DNA of 23,710 nucleotides from a virus (Duplodnaviria; Heunggongvirae; Uroviricota; Caudoviricetes): IMG/VR virus record IMGVR_UViG_2851949629_000009, positions 1 to 23,710 of that record; one strand, 5' to 3'. Shown piece by piece: positions 8,930 to 15,557 of this stretch (position 1 is its first letter; each line of letters starts with the position of its first letter). The notes under the pieces were generated by a model. It saw only the letters and a program-made list of their open reading frames with translations, ran no database searches and was not told where the DNA came from. The position numbers and the translations under genes were made by a program.

Positions 8930-8961
8930 AATGACTCCTGTAGATTGATCCAGTAATTACC

Positions 8962-9258
8962 TCAGAATTGCATATCAATTTGCTCAGAATCCTCGGTGGC
9001 AGCCGGGGATTTTTTCTTTGTGATTCCATCCAATGCATACTTAAAAGCCCTGCTAATCGGACTGATGTCTGATGCCATTCCAAAAGCACACAATACCGAA
9101 GCAATAAATCTCCAGTCCGTTCTGCTTATCTTCGATTCATGACAGCCAATCATCTTTGCCAGACCGCGCTGGGTAATAGCTGACAGATTGATAAGTAAAT
9201 CTGTTTCTGCGCGATCAACGTCACGCTGTGATAGTTTGCTGTAACTTGTTCTTTCCAT
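8962..9258 (-). CDS. cII: CII-like transcriptional activator
   Basis: 98-aa ORF between cro and O; C-terminal KKKSPAATEDSEQIDMQF resembles lambda CII C-terminus KKRPAATERSEQIQMEF; central HTH-like segment. Confidence 0.65.
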   Translation of the reverse strand: MERTSYSKLSQRDVDRAETDLLINLSAITQRGLAKMIGCHESKISRTDWRFIASVLCAFGMASDISPISRAFKYALDGITKKKSPAATEDSEQIDMQF

Positions 9259-9322
9259 TTCTTACTATTTCCATAGGTAAATAATCACTAATACTCATCT
9301 TTCGATGAGTGCTTAATTAGTT

Positions 9323-9357
9323 ACCGCGTTGTCGGCGGTGCAGATTGATAAAGAGCG
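9323..9357 (-). promoter_or_regulatory. nutR: boxA (CGCTCTTTA) and boxB hairpin (ACCGC-CGACAAC-GCGGT) between cro and cII
   Basis: On the minus strand, boxA at 9357-9349 then a 5-bp stem with 7-nt loop at 9339-9323; matches the P22-type boxB loop architecture and the N arginine-rich motif found at 14194. Confidence 0.6.
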
Positions 9358-9364
9358 GTGTTAC

Positions 9365-9592
9365 TTATGCAGCCAGAAGGTTCTTTTTACTTATTTCAAG
9401 CATTTCGCTTGCTTGATATTTGCCACCAGAAATCTCTTCGATTTTTGAGGCGTATTTCGTTTTCCCAAAAAACTCAGTCTTAGGGAGGAAGCCGTTTTTG
9501 AGCCACTTATAGACAGCCCTTTCGCTAACTCCACAAGCCTTCGCAACTTCAGGTATGCCGACACCTTTAATCGGCTCATCAAGATTTTGCAT
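9365..9592 (-). CDS. cro: Cro-like repressor (HTH)
   Basis: 75-aa ORF from ATG 9592 with AAGGA SD; HTH-like segment VAKACGVSERAVYKWL; divergent from cI across an operator region. Confidence 0.7.
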   Translation of the reverse strand: MQNLDEPIKGVGIPEVAKACGVSERAVYKWLKNGFLPKTEFFGKTKYASKIEEISGGKYQASEMLEISKKNLLAA

Positions 9593-9670
9593 AGGAATAT
9601 CCTTTTTCGTACTTTCAGTACGCATTATGATTGAACTGAAAGTTTTTGCAAGTGCTTTAGTATCGTACTC
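9593..9670. promoter_or_regulatory. oR/pR/pRM operator-promoter region with three dyad-symmetric elements
   Basis: Dyads CGTAC-N5-GTACG (9608-9622), AACT-N3-AGTT (9634-9644) and AGTA-N3-TACT (9659-9669). TAGTAT -10-like hexamer 7 bp before the cI ATG suggests a leaderless cI transcript as in lambda pRM. Confidence 0.45.
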
Positions 9671-10378
9671 ATGGTTCAGAATGAAAAAGTGCGCAAAGAA
9701 TTCGCCCAGCGGCTAGCGCAAGCCTGTAAAGAAGCTGGTCTTGATGAACATGGTAGGGGAATGGCTATAGCCCGTGCCCTTTCTCTTTCGTCCAAAGGCG
9801 TTAGCAAATGGTTTAATGCTGAGTCTTTACCGCGTCAGGAAAAAATGAATGCGCTTGCGAAATTTCTAAACGTTGATGTTGTTTGGCTTCAGCACGGCAC
9901 TTCGTTAAATGGAGCGAATGATGAAGATACTCTTTCATTTGTTGGCAAATTAAAAAAAGGGTTAGTGCGCGTGGTTGGTGAGGCAATTCTTGGTGTTGAT
10001 GGTGCCATCGAGATGACCGAAGAACGCGATGGGTGGCTCAAGATTTATAGCGATGATCCAGATGCCTTTGGTCTTCGTGTGAAAGGAGACAGCATGTGGC
10101 CCAGAATAAAATCAGGAGAATATGTACTCATTGAGCCTAACACCAAAGTATTCCCGGGTGATGAGGTGTTTGTCAGAACCATCGAAGGACACAACATGAT
10201 CAAGATTCTTGGCTATGACAGAGATGGAGAATACCAATTTACAAGCATCAACCAGGACCACAGACCAATAACGTTGCCTTATCATCAAGTAGCAAAGGTG
10301 GAGTATGTGGCTGGTATTCTGAAGCAATCTCGCCATCTGGATGACATCGAGGCAAGGGAGTGGCTGAGAAATTATTAA
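9671..10378 (+). CDS. cI: CI repressor (HTH plus S24 LexA-like autopeptidase domain)
   Basis: 235-aa ORF divergent from cro; C-terminal domain carries the GDSM serine motif (KGDSMWP) and a downstream lysine (MIKILG), typical of LexA/CI self-cleaving repressors. Confidence 0.85.
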   Translation: MVQNEKVRKEFAQRLAQACKEAGLDEHGRGMAIARALSLSSKGVSKWFNAESLPRQEKMNALAKFLNVDVVWLQHGTSLNGANDEDTLSFVGKLKKGLVRVVGEAILGVDGAIEMTEERDGWLKIYSDDPDAFGLRVKGDSMWPRIKSGEYVLIEPNTKVFPGDEVFVRTIEGHNMIKILGYDRDGEYQFTSINQDHRPITLPYHQVAKVEYVAGILKQSRHLDDIEAREWLRNY

Positions 10379-10544
10379 TACCAATAGCATAGAGACGAAA
10401 ATGCGACAGGTTTTAGGTACAAATCATAACCCTATCCACAAACAACGTTGTAAATATACACATAAGACTATTGTAAAAAAAGCTCTATCCCAGTAAATGC
10501 GGTTGCAAAATGGGTTGATCGAGCATATATAAGGAGTATAGTTA

Positions 10545-10907
10545 GTGACCCAAGATGAAACGAATGAATATCTGAAAACCTTAGCATTGGTTCCAAGTGC
10601 AGAGGCCTCCGCAGAGGAGAAGCAGATATATAGCGTCAAAAAGGCTGTAATCGGTCTGATTGAATTTGTTACAACCAGTCTTGAAGAGCTTGGAATTGAA
10701 GGGTTGCATGAGTTAACAAACCCATCTCTTGACGAATTAGATGCAGAGCTAGAGAAACTTGACCAAAAAGCTGATGCAATCAATGAACTAAACTTAAAGC
10801 AAATCATCATATTTGCACAGATTTTAATCAAAAACATAAGAGAAAAGAATCCTGATTTGTGCTCTGAGGGATCAAAACTACTCAAGAGTGCTAAATCGGG
10901 TCTTTGA
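10545..10907 (+). CDS. hypothetical acidic helical protein, moron in the rex position downstream of cI
   Basis: 120-aa ORF with GTG start and strong SD AAGGAG 8 nt upstream; net charge about -9; AT-rich locus; same strand as cI. Confidence 0.6.
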   Translation: MTQDETNEYLKTLALVPSAEASAEEKQIYSVKKAVIGLIEFVTTSLEELGIEGLHELTNPSLDELDAELEKLDQKADAINELNLKQIIIFAQILIKNIREKNPDLCSEGSKLLKSAKSGL

Positions 10908-10930
10908 CACTTACAGAGCGGAGGATAAAC

Positions 10931-11053
10931 ATGTCTAGAACTGAACATATCAAAGATATGCTTAAAAGTGCGGATCGAATCAATCAGATTATTGCTGAAA
11001 TGAAGCAGAGAAAAGCAGAAATGCTAGCATCAAAGCTTCCAATGGCAGCATAA
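10931..11053 (+). CDS. small hypothetical protein (40 aa), second gene of the immunity-region moron
   Basis: ATG 10931 preceded by GGAGG SD; stop immediately followed by a strong terminator; short length makes it uncertain. Confidence 0.4.
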   Translation: MSRTEHIKDMLKSADRINQIIAEMKQRKAEMLASKLPMAA

Positions 11054-11057
11054 CCAA

Positions 11058-11084
11058 AAACACCCGCTTCGGCGGGTTTTCTTA
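11058..11084 (+). terminator. rho-independent terminator ending the cI-moron transcription unit (tIMM-like)
   Basis: ACCCGC-TTCG-GCGGGT hairpin followed by TTTTCTTATT. Confidence 0.65.
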
Positions 11085-11357
11085 TTCCCCTAAAAAGATC
11101 AAACAACTCCACATTAGCTTTTTTGTGCCCACAGTTTTCTACCTAGCAGTTTTCTTTGCCTCCCGATCCACCATCTAAAAACACATAACCAATTGTATTT
11201 ATTGAAAAATAAATAGATACAACTTGCTAAACCACGCAATTCTGATCCCTGCCGCATAACCTTCATCCGCAACATTTACAAAAATAAATTTCCTTATATA
11301 TCAAAATCATATTTCGTAGAGTTAATAAATCATAAACGATTCGTACCAATAGTTCTT

Positions 11358-11388
11358 GATAATATCGAACTACTGGTTCGTTATTATC
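11358..11388. promoter_or_regulatory. 31-bp near-perfect palindrome, candidate oL operator / pL region
   Basis: GATAATATCGAACTACTGGTTCGTTATTATC has 13 of 15 symmetric pairs; inner dyad CGAAC-N5-GTTCG resembles the oR dyad CGTAC-N5-GTACG; lies about 45 bp upstream of nutL boxA; TTGATA -35-like hexamer overlaps. Confidence 0.4.
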
Positions 11389-11430
11389 GCCATCAGCAGG
11401 ACGTTGGAAGCCAAACGGAACAGATTGGCG

Positions 11431-11465
11431 GGCTCTTTAACTTCGATGGGGCGCTGACAAAGCGC
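11431..11465 (+). promoter_or_regulatory. nutL: boxA-like GGCTCTTTAA plus boxB hairpin GCGCTGACAAAGCGC (P22-type)
   Basis: boxB at 11451-11465 is the P22 nutL boxB 15-mer as I recall it; boxA-like element 11 bp upstream; correct strand and position for the pL transcript. Confidence 0.65.
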
Positions 11466-11602
11466 AAACAGATACCAAACGAGATGGGTTTGGCGGTGTG
11501 GTGAAGGGTTCATGGACGGGAATATGTCGCACGTAAAGCGGCGAGGCCTGCGGGACTATTGCCGAATTGAAGTAGGCCGAAACAGGTCGAAATGGGTCTC
11601 CC

Positions 11603-11610
11603 ACCTACCT
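11603..11610. repeat. target-site duplication ACCTACCT (left copy) of IS66 copy 2
   Basis: Identical 8-mer at 14152-14159 directly flanking the other IS end; 8 bp is the IS66-family duplication length. Confidence 0.85.
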
Positions 11611-11640
11611 GTAAGCGTCAACGGAGCACCGTATTGACGC

Positions 11641-13254
11641 TTATTTATTAGTGAGTACTACGTTCCATGGCAGGAGTTCGTCAACTCGGTTGGAAGGCCA
11701 TTCCGGCAGTACGCTCAGGATATGGCGCAGATACGCTTCCGGATCGATACCATTCAACCGGCAGGTGCCGATCAGCCCGTACAACAGTGCACCACGCTCG
11801 CCGCCGTGATCGCTACCGAAGAACACGTAATTTTTCTTTCCGAGACAGACTGCACGAAGCGCTCTTTCCGCTGTGTTATTGTCCGCCTCCGCCAGACCGT
11901 CATCACAGAAGTTGCACAACGCAACCCAGTGCTTCCTGATATACCGGAACGCATCTCTCAGACGGCATTTTTTCGATAACGTGTGTTCTTTCTCCTGCAT
12001 CAGCTTATACAGGGAAGTCAGTAGCGGTTTACTCTGCATTTGCCTGACCGCCAGGCGTTCAGACACCGGCAACCCGCGTATTTCGTGCTCAATGGCGTAC
12101 AGTTCGCCGATTAGTTTCAGTGCTTCTTCCGCCGTCGCGCTTTTGGTACTGATATATACATCGTGGATTTTGCGCCGCGCATGAGCCCAGCATCCTGCTT
12201 CCGTCAACGCGCCGCCTTCACGTTCGGCACTGAACAGCCGATCGTAACCTGCGAACGCATCTGCCTGCAGGATACCCCGGAAGGGACGAAGGTGTTGCTC
12301 CGGATGTTTACCCTGATGGTCCGGTGAGTAGGCGAACCAGACCGCCGGAGGTTCTGGCGAACCGGCATTTCGGTCATCCCGGACATACGTCCAGATATAT
12401 CCTGTTTTCGCCTTCTTCCTGCCCGGTGCCAGTACTTTTACTGGTGTGTCATCAGTGTGAACCTTGCGGGTGTTCATCACATAACTGTACAGGGCATCAT
12501 TCACCGGTGTCATTAACTGGCAGCACGCATCAACCCAGTTGGAGAGTAAGGCACGGCTCAGTTCGACACCCTGGCGGGCAAAGATTTCACTCTGACGATA
12601 CAGTGGCAGGTGTTCGCAGTATTTTCCCGTTAACACGCGGGCAAGTAACCCCGGGCCCGCGATACCACGCTCTATCGGACGGGATGGTGCCGGTGCTTCA
12701 ACGATGCAGTCACATTTTGTACAGGCTTTTTTTACCCGTTCTGTGCGGATCACTTTCAGGGCGCTGCTCACCAGCTCCAGTTGTTCTGCGCTGACTTCCC
12801 CCAGATAATCCAGCTCACCGCCACACTCCGGGCAACAGCTTTCTTCAGGCTCCAGGCGGTATATTTCACGGGGGAGATGTGCCGGTAACGGACGACGATG
12901 GCGCGACTGTCGCAACTGGCGGGGAACCAGCGGGTCATCCTCACGCCCACTGTAACGATCGCTTTCCTGCTCGCGTTGTTTCAGCAGGACTTCAGCCTGT
13001 TCAACCTCACTACGCAGTTTTTCAGAACGGGTTCCGAACAGCATCCGGCGCAGTTTTTCTATCTGAGCCCGCAGATGCTCTATTTCTCGCTCATCTTCTT
13101 CGATCTTTTCTTCGGCACGTGCCAGTGCAGAGCGCAGGAAGGCCTCCGTCTCTTCAACCAGACTCAGTTGCTGGTCTTTCTGACGGAGGGCTTCAGCCTG
13201 CTCAGAGAGCAGCCTTTCCAGCTCAGCGATGCGAATGAGGTATTTCTGACCCAT
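11641..13254 (-). CDS. tnpC: IS66-family transposase OrfC (TnpC)
   Basis: 537-aa ORF about 95% identical by eye to the copy-1 TnpC. Confidence 0.9.
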   Translation of the reverse strand: MGQKYLIRIAELERLLSEQAEALRQKDQQLSLVEETEAFLRSALARAEEKIEEDEREIEHLRAQIEKLRRMLFGTRSEKLRSEVEQAEVLLKQREQESDRYSGREDDPLVPRQLRQSRHRRPLPAHLPREIYRLEPEESCCPECGGELDYLGEVSAEQLELVSSALKVIRTERVKKACTKCDCIVEAPAPSRPIERGIAGPGLLARVLTGKYCEHLPLYRQSEIFARQGVELSRALLSNWVDACCQLMTPVNDALYSYVMNTRKVHTDDTPVKVLAPGRKKAKTGYIWTYVRDDRNAGSPEPPAVWFAYSPDHQGKHPEQHLRPFRGILQADAFAGYDRLFSAEREGGALTEAGCWAHARRKIHDVYISTKSATAEEALKLIGELYAIEHEIRGLPVSERLAVRQMQSKPLLTSLYKLMQEKEHTLSKKCRLRDAFRYIRKHWVALCNFCDDGLAEADNNTAERALRAVCLGKKNYVFFGSDHGGERGALLYGLIGTCRLNGIDPEAYLRHILSVLPEWPSNRVDELLPWNVVLTNK

Positions 13255-13284
13255 GGCCGTTTTTATAATCCGGCCCGGCGTTTT

Positions 13285-13635
13285 TTACAACATTGTCAGT
13301 GCGTTAAGGCGGGATGTTTTTGGCTGACGCCAGTCCAGCTTATCGAGGAGCATTGCCAGTTGCGAGCGGGTAATGGATATCTTACCGTCATGCACCGCAG
13401 GCCAGATAAACTGACCTTCCTCAAGGCGTTTGGTGAACAGGCACAGACCATCAGCATCAGCCCACAGGATTTTAATCGTGTCTCCCCGTCGGCCACGGAA
13501 GATAAACAGGTGACCGGAGAAGGGGTTATCATCCAGCACATGCTGTATCTGCTCCCCCAGACCGTTGAAGGATTTACGCATATCAGTAACGCCGGCAACG
13601 AGCCAGATACGGGTACCTGATGGGAGTGAAATCAT
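13285..13635 (-). CDS. tnpB: IS66-family OrfB (TnpB)
   Basis: 116-aa ORF near-identical to copy-1 orfB; ATGA overlap with orfA. Confidence 0.85.
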   Translation of the reverse strand: MISLPSGTRIWLVAGVTDMRKSFNGLGEQIQHVLDDNPFSGHLFIFRGRRGDTIKILWADADGLCLFTKRLEEGQFIWPAVHDGKISITRSQLAMLLDKLDWRQPKTSRLNALTML

Positions 13636-14069
13636 CGTCCCCTCCCGGTCAGCTCACGGATCAACACCGTGAGCAGCTCTGGTGAAGGATTTTCCAGCAT
13701 CATTTTACCGTAATGGAATTCCACATGGCAGGAAGCTGCACAAGCAACTGATAATGCCTCCGGAGCAGGAGCATCTGTAGCACAGCGCGGGGTGTCGATA
13801 AGTTCCACTGGAACCAGAGTCGGAGAGGCCGGAAAAGATTGTGATACTGTAGGGCCTACAATAGTTGGAGGCATTCTACGAGAAATACGTCCTTCTCTTT
13901 GCCAGAGGCGTAGCCATTTAAAAATCAGGTTGTTATCAACGCCATGTTCCCGGGCCAGTTGTGCAACATTGGCATTTGGTTTCGAAGCCAGTTCAACCAT
14001 ATGAAGTTTAAATTCATTAGAAAATATCCGGCGGGTTCCGGAGCGCCAGTCTGTAGGTTTATCCATCAA
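13632..14069 (-). CDS. tnpA: IS66-family OrfA (TnpA), divergent N-terminal half relative to copy 1
   Basis: 145-aa ORF; N-terminal HTH-like region (FKLHMVELASKPNANVAQLAREHGVDNNLIFKWLRLWQ) related to copy 1 but diverged; C-terminal 21 aa identical. Confidence 0.8.
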   Translation of the reverse strand: MMDKPTDWRSGTRRIFSNEFKLHMVELASKPNANVAQLAREHGVDNNLIFKWLRLWQREGRISRRMPPTIVGPTVSQSFPASPTLVPVELIDTPRCATDAPAPEALSVACAASCHVEFHYGKMMLENPSPELLTVLIRELTGRGR

Positions 14070-14151
14070 TAGAACTCCGTCTAATTTAGAAGGAGCTCTA
14101 ATTTAGTCTGCAAGGAGCAGGTGTTACAGACGGCATTGGCTTTACGCTTAC

Positions 14152-14159
14152 ACCTACCT
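14152..14159. repeat. target-site duplication ACCTACCT (right copy) of IS66 copy 2
   Basis: Identical to 11603-11610. Confidence 0.85.
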
Positions 14160-14193
14160 CACCACCAAAGCCATTTTACATGAGGAAAACATC

Positions 14194-14502
14194 ATGACGG
14201 TAATCGTGTACGGGAAATCAACATTTACAGGAAATGCCAAAACTCGCCGTCATGAGCGGCGCAGAAAGCTGGCTATCGAGCGTGATGCTATATGCAACAT
14301 CATCGATTCGATCTTCGGTACAGACAGTGATGAACCTGTTCAGAAAGAACCGAGAAAGCGTTTAAGCCTTTCTGAAAAAGCAATATCACTCGGCAACATT
14401 CGTAACCAAAATACCGACGAATGCAATGGAAGCATTTGCCTGCCAAACGTAGCCATCTACGTGGCAGGCTATCGGAAATCAAAACAACTGACGGCGAGGT
14501 AA
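14194..14502 (+). CDS. N: antitermination protein N with P22-type arginine-rich motif
   Basis: 102-aa ORF with GAGGA SD; N-terminal GNAKTRRHERRRKLAIERD is the P22 N arginine-rich boxB-binding motif as I recall it; matching P22-type boxB hairpins at nutL and nutR. Confidence 0.8.
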   Translation: MTVIVYGKSTFTGNAKTRRHERRRKLAIERDAICNIIDSIFGTDSDEPVQKEPRKRLSLSEKAISLGNIRNQNTDECNGSICLPNVAIYVAGYRKSKQLTAR

Positions 14503-14504
14503 TT

Positions 14505-14799
14505 ATGGATATTTCATGTATTGAACAATTACTAATTGAGAAAACGAAAGAAATGCTTGATGTATTGGACAAAAAAAATATCTGAGTTAAAAGATACACC
14601 CGCGACACAACTTATTCTCGAACGTAGTCGAAATAAATTCTTAGAGTTAAGCCCTGACGTTCAAAATATAGCATCTAAACTGCTGGCTACGTTGATTGAG
14701 AGGAATGCATTGTTATCGATGTCATCAGATGAACGAAAAAAACTGACGAACGAAGATGTTGCAACCATCCGCCAGGCATTCGAAATTTTGTTCTCTTAA
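14505..14799 (+). CDS. hypothetical protein apparently interrupted by a frameshift in an A8 homopolymer (14571-14578)
   Basis: ATG 14505 with GAGG SD opens a 26-codon frame that stops at 14583-14585; the long frame (87-aa track ORF, TTG start at 14536) is continuous with it if the A-run were 7 rather than 8. Confidence 0.4.
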
Positions 14800-14964
14800 T
14801 TACTTACTGTTTATTCTGATAATCTCATCAAGAATTTTTTCATAAACAACTGTGCTTGGCTTTCCGTCAATGCCAGGGGCAAGATTACCGGCTCTGATAA
14901 GCTCAACAATAATCTGTTGAGCGGCTTCGTGTGGGTTGGTTTTGGGATTAACAATATCTGTCAT
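14800..14964 (-). CDS. small hypothetical protein (54 aa) antisense to the pL operon
   Basis: ATG 14964 with GAAGGG SD-like sequence upstream; two 14-bp direct repeats lie in its upstream region; short, so uncertain. Confidence 0.35.
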   Translation of the reverse strand: MTDIVNPKTNPHEAAQQIIVELIRAGNLAPGIDGKPSTVVYEKILDEIIRINSK

Positions 14965-14978
14965 AACAAAGCCCTTCT

Positions 14979-14992
14979 TTTGACTGTGGAAA
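14979..14992. repeat. 14-bp direct repeat TTTGACTGTGGAAA, copy 1
   Basis: Exact repeat of 15012-15025, 33 bp apart; contains a TTGACT -35-like hexamer. Confidence 0.6.
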
Positions 14993-15011
14993 CAACAGTC
15001 TACCCATTTCC

Positions 15012-15025
15012 TTTGACTGTGGAAA
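15012..15025. repeat. 14-bp direct repeat TTTGACTGTGGAAA, copy 2
   Basis: Exact repeat of 14979-14992. Confidence 0.6.
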
Positions 15026-15104
15026 GTGGAGGAACCACCGAGCCCGATGTGGTTAAAAGACAGGCACAATCTTTACTACCGCAATCCACTATTTAAGGTG
15101 ATAT

Positions 15105-15191
15105 ATGGAAGAAGAATTTGAAGAGTTCGAAGAGCATCCTCAGGATGTGATGGAACAATACCAGGACTATCCGTATGACTACGACTATTGA
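15105..15191 (+). CDS. possible 28-aa highly acidic/aromatic peptide (MEEEFEEFEEHPQDVMEQYQDYPYDYDY)
   Basis: ATG with AAGGTGA SD 6 nt upstream; very short, so low confidence; overlaps the start of the next ORF. Confidence 0.25.
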   Translation: MEEEFEEFEEHPQDVMEQYQDYPYDYDY

Positions 15192-15375
15192 TACAAATCA
15201 ATGGTGTGGACAATTCAAACGATGCAATGGATGCAAGCTGCAATCGGAATGCATGGTTAAGCCTGAAGAAATGTTTCCTGTAATGGAAGATGGGAAATAT
15301 GTCGATAAATGGGCAATACGAACGACGGCAATGATTGCCAGAGAACTTGACAAACAGAACAACAAGGCTGCCTGA
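15175..15375 (+). CDS. small Cys-containing hypothetical protein (66 aa)
   Basis: ORF in the track; start overlaps the preceding small ORF (possible coupling); CxxC pair (CNGCKLQSEC); no clear SD. Confidence 0.4.
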   Translation: MTTTIDTNQWCGQFKRCNGCKLQSECMVKPEEMFPVMEDGKYVDKWAIRTTAMIARELDKQNNKAA

Positions 15376-15419
15376 TGGTAGCCTTTATCTTTGGCATAAA
15401 CAACAGAATAAACACTGCA

Positions 15420-15451
15420 CTGTGTATTCATTCCAACGAGTGAATACACGG
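15420..15451 (+). other. stable 11-bp stem-loop in an intergenic region (possible RNA structure or processing site)
   Basis: CTGTGTATTCA / TGAATACACGG with a 10-nt loop; a second short hairpin GAGC-AATGTC-GCTC follows at 15451-15464; no T-run directly after. Confidence 0.4.
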
Positions 15452-15511
15452 AGCAATGTCGCTCGTAACTAAACAGGAGCCGACTTGTTCTGATTATTGG
15501 AAATCTTCTTT

Positions 15512-15538
15512 GCCCTCTAATGTGAGGGCGATTTTTTA
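15512..15538 (+). terminator. rho-independent terminator
   Basis: GCCCTC-TAATGT-GAGGGC hairpin followed by GATTTTTTAT. Confidence 0.6.
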
Positions 15539-15557
15539 TCTGTGAGGATATGAACAG

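Larger units (their letters stand above)
11611..14151 (-). mobile_element. IS66-family insertion sequence, copy 2, inserted between nutL and N with an 8-bp target-site duplication
   Basis: Terminal inverted repeats starting GTAAGCG at both ends (11611-11640 and reverse complement of 14125-14151); orfA-orfB-orfC on the minus strand; perfect 8-bp direct repeat ACCTACCT on both flanks. Confidence 0.9.

Noticed and set aside
10503..10531. TTGCAA-N17-TATATA promoter for the moron
   Set aside because: The hexamers are good, but the predicted transcription start would fall downstream of the AAGGAG SD of the 120-aa gene, so its role is unclear; mentioned only within the moron finding.
10424..10948. 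174-aa minus-strand ORF overlapping the immunity-region moron
   Set aside because: Its translation is Ser/Phe/Cys-rich and low complexity with no RBS, whereas the plus-strand ORFs have strong SD sequences and protein-like composition.
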